Under the pieces are notes generated by a model that was not told the DNA's origin, did no database searches, and saw nothing but the letters and a program-made list of their open reading frames with translations. A stretch of 59,289 nt of DNA from Oscillospiraceae bacterium. Lineage in GTDB: Bacteria; Bacillota; Clostridia; Oscillospirales; Oscillospiraceae. The stretch spans positions 1 to 59,289 of the forward strand of contig JAETPK010000001.1 in NCBI GenBank assembly GCA_021771265.1, read 5' to 3'. This document shows, one piece after another, positions 56,657 through 59,289 of this stretch; the stretch's first letter is position 1; the number at the start of each line of letters is the position of its first letter. The translations under genes and the position numbers were made by a program.

Positions 56657-56886
56657 TGCGTAAACGAACACGCAAAGACGGAAAGGAAATAAGGCGTGAG
56701 CGTTATATGCGCATGAGTGCGAAGTACACCTGTAAAGAATTCTGCTTATTTGTGTATATTATTAACAAATTACATGCCTATAATATTGATAAAAAGTAAA
56801 AAATGCAAAATTGAAAAAAAGAAAGATTGACTTGTGGAGGTGACGGTGCTATTTTTAAATCAAGAGTTGCGTAAACGATAACGCAA
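56657..56886. promoter_or_regulatory. Two LacI-type operators in the divergent intergenic region
   Basis: TGCGTAAACGAACACGCA (56657-56674) and TTGCGTAAACGATAACGCAA (56867-56886), palindromes with a central CG. Confidence 0.7.
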
Positions 56887-56938
56887 TATAAAAAACGCAG
56901 AAGTCAGAAGAAAATTTAGGAACATCAATGGAGGAGTT

Positions 56939-57283
56939 ATGAAAAAGTTAATTAGTTTGATCCTGGCCCTGATGATGGCTCTGACCCTCGCAGCTTGTGG
57001 GGGCAAGCAAAGTGAAACGCCCAGTAATACTTCTGAATCAAAAGGACAAGCAGAGCAATCTGAACCCGTAGTAGAAGACGTTGATTGGCCCACTGGCGCA
57101 GTGACAATTTATGTTAACGGTAAGACTGGATCTAACATGGATTCCAAAGCTCGTATTTTGGCAGAATATTTGGAAGCAGAGCTTGGTAAGAGTGTTGTTA
57201 TTGAAAATGTGACTGGTAACGGCGGTGCTGTGGTGCTGACCCAGTTTTTGACCCAGCAGCCTAATAGTAACAGCTTGTGCTAG
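56939..57283 (+). pseudogene. Truncated TctC/Bug tripartite tricarboxylate transporter substrate-binding lipoprotein
   Basis: Lipobox LAAC; DWPTGAVTIYV..K.GS..D..AR.LAEYL..ELGKSVVIENVTGNGG matches the TctC N-terminus; stops at 114 aa, while the family is usually over 300 aa. Confidence 0.75.
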
Positions 57284-57556
57284 CCCCCTGTACCAAATCA
57301 CCAGAGGCAGCATCGAATACCGTCAGGGAGACGCTGTGTTCCGCCGTGGCTCTGCTGCAAGCTTGCGTTCACCGCAAGGGGAAGTGCGAACACTGGGCAG
57401 GTCATTACGGCTTTTGCACGTCAAGTATTCAGCATTTTGAACTTTCAGCTTTTGAACCATCCTGAGAATCCACTGAACAAAAATCAGACGGAGTGAAATT
57501 GTAAAATCAGACGGAATAATATATAATAAACACACCTGAACGTCGAAGTGAGTGCC

Positions 57557-58030
57557 ATGGATAAGCGGAGCGATAAACCCTGCATCATTGGTGCGAAAGT
57601 AAAGGAATACCTGGCGGCGGTCGGCACGGTCTGCATTGAGGGCCCCCGGTGGCGCGGCAGGGCCTGGACTCCCTCTTATCACAGCAAAAGCAGGATCTAC
57701 ATCGGCAATCCGGACAGCAAATTCCAAAACCAGCGGCTCAGCTGCCGTCTCCACTGGTGTTGGATGGCAAGATCCCGCGCCTGATCGACGAATGGCAGGT
57801 AGTGCCCTCCATTTGAGATGCCGTGCGGTATCAGGCAGATCAGACTGCGGAAAAGAACGGTTTATCCGGGCCGGCTCCGCTGCGCCCAACCGCAAAGAGG
57901 GCCTGCGCAGCGGTGCGGGCGGATCGTGAAGCCGCGGATGCGTCCCATGGCGCTGTATGGTTCCGGCCATTCCGGCGGGAAGGCTTCCTTGGAAAAGCTG
58001 TGCCATGGCCAACGCTGCCCATCAATGCCC
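57557..58030 (+). pseudogene. AAA_14/DUF4143 ATPase relic
   Basis: Fragments in shifting frames: VCIEGPRWRGRAWT (decayed Walker A), PRLIDEWQVVPSI*DAVRY and SGAGRIVKPRMRPMALY...SLEKLC. Confidence 0.75.
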
Positions 58031-58149
58031 GGATGGCGTATTTGTGGCGCCGGTCACTGCGCTGAAAATGGAAAACTGTCCTGTTTTTGGGACATAAAAC
58101 AGGATATTTTAGATTCAAGGGCTTCAAAGCCAAAATGGGAGGCAATCAG

Positions 58150-59289
58150 ATGGAAGCATATCTCGCTCACATTGCGCAGGACGGACGGGAGCAGACGGTG
58201 CTGGAACATCTCACCGGAACGGCGGAATTGGCGGCGGAATTTGGAGCATCCTTTGGCGGAGAAAAGCAGGCAAGTCTGGCTGGACTGGCTCATGACATCG
58301 GAAAATACTCCGCCGCTTTTCAGCGGCGGCTCCGGGGCGGGCCGAGGGTGGACCACTCCACCGCCGGCGCCTTTGCCTGCCAAAAGATTGGGCAGCCTTT
58401 GGCTGCCTTTGCCGTGGCGGGCCACCACGGCGGCCTGCCTGATGGCGGCGGAAAAGGGGACAGCGAAGATGCCCCCACCTTCTATGGCCGCATGGCCCAG
58501 GCGTCCCGGGGAAAGCTCGAGCCCTGCGACGCCTGGCACAGGGAGCTGTCCCTGCCCGCGCCGCCCCGGCCGGCTATGACAGACGGCGCGGAATTGATGT
58601 TCTACACCCGAATGCTGTACTCCTGCCTGGTGGATGCGGATTTTCTGGATACCGAGACATTTATGACGGAACGCTTCCGGCCACGGGGCGGACCCTCCAT
58701 GGACGCGCTGTGGGAGCGGCTGCGGCAGTACATATCCGGATGGTTTCCGCCAAAAGCGGAGCTGAACCGGCAGCGGTGCGCCATTCTGGAGCAATGCATC
58801 ACAGAAGGGGAGCAGAGCGAGCCTGGGCTTTTCACCCTCACCGTCCCCACCGGCGGCGGAAAGACGGTGGCATCCCTGGCTTTTGCCTTGGCCCATGCCA
58901 AAGCCCACGGCCTGCGGCGGGTCATCTATGTGATCCCCTATACCTCCATCATTGAGCAGACCGCCAAGGCCTTCCGCGATATTCTGGGCGAAGAAGCGGT
59001 GCTGGAGCATCACTCCAACGTTTTGTACGACGCAGAGGATGAGGCCAGGCCGGAGACCCTTCGTCTCACGCAGGCCACAGAGAACTGGGACATGCCGGTG
59101 ATCGTGACCACGGCGGTACAGTTTTTTGAATCGCTGTATGCCTGCCGTTCCTCCCAGTGCCGGAAGCTCCACAACATTGCCAGCAGCGTGGTGGTGTTTG
59201 ACGAGGCCCAGATGCTGCCGCTTTCCTATCTCCGCCCCTGCGTCCACGCCATCTCCCAGCTGGTCAAGCATTATCACGTCTCCGCCCTT
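58150..59289 (+). CDS. cas3: CRISPR-associated nuclease/helicase Cas3, probably type I-C (3' end outside window)
   Basis: Open frame absent from the ORF track because it has no stop. Motifs: MEAYLAH...EHL, AHDIGK (HD), DHSTAG, GHHGGLPD, YSCLVDADFLDT, TVPTGGGKT, IPYTSIIEQ, ENWD..IVTT.VQFFESL and FDEAQ. Confidence 0.93.
   Translation, partial: MEAYLAHIAQDGREQTVLEHLTGTAELAAEFGASFGGEKQASLAGLAHDIGKYSAAFQRRLRGGPRVDHSTAGAFACQKIGQPLAAFAVAGHHGGLPDGGGKGDSEDAPTFYGRMAQASRGKLEPCDAWHRELSLPAPPRPAMTDGAELMFYTRMLYSCLVDADFLDTETFMTERFRPRGGPSMDALWERLRQYISGWFPPKAELNRQRCAILEQCITEGEQSEPGLFTLTVPTGGGKTVASLAFALAHAKAHGLRRVIYVIPYTSIIEQTAKAFRDILGEEAVLEHHSNVLYDAEDEARPETLRLTQATENWDMPVIVTTAVQFFESLYACRSSQCRKLHNIASSVVVFDEAQMLPLSYLRPCVHAISQLVKHYHVSAL

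Noticed and set aside
57284-58149. CRISPR array or solitary repeat upstream of cas3
   Set aside because: No regularly spaced 28-37 bp repeats and no type I-C-like repeat ending in ATTGAAA(C/T). Most of the interval is an ATPase relic.

Overview
A high-GC Bacillota (Clostridia) chromosomal segment. Gene content and codon style suggest Oscillospiraceae, but this is inferred. From left to right: housekeeping genes (ylmH-like, DUF896, XpaC-like, pepD, pyruvate:ferredoxin oxidoreductase); then a ~23 kb co-directional cell-surface/RiPP locus (10.2-33.2 kb). That locus holds an NTP_transf_5 nucleotidyltransferase, a CapD-like dehydratase, a CpsB phosphatase, two fused CpsC-CpsD tyrosine kinases, an S26 peptidase, an ABC exporter, an SLH/VWA protein, a stand-alone PqqD/RRE, a lipoprotein, an 88-aa Cys-containing YxxPxL-leader peptide ending in Ser, an HPr-kinase-like P-loop protein, a radical SAM/SPASM enzyme and a large GH20 protein. 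It is the best candidate for an undescribed system: a paeninodin-like tailoring set with a radical SAM in place of the lasso cyclase. Next comes a catabolic region (33.3-46.4 kb) with an Alr-like racemase, NhaC transporter, PLP gamma-lyase, split UxaA dehydratase, LarA, two GntR regulators, a divergent IlvC, DUF362 and an SSS symporter, partly linked by shared operator-like motifs. It is followed by polA, rimI and tsaD, an AT-rich spacer with three tandem DnaA-box-like motifs, and tRNA-Thr(CGT). The right end is a decaying accessory region: VbhA-like antitoxin plus inactivated Fic toxin, LacI, truncated TctC and a DUF4143 ATPase relic. It leads into a type I-C cas3 that runs off the window and is missing from the ORF track. 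All family calls come from motif recognition by eye; no searches were run.
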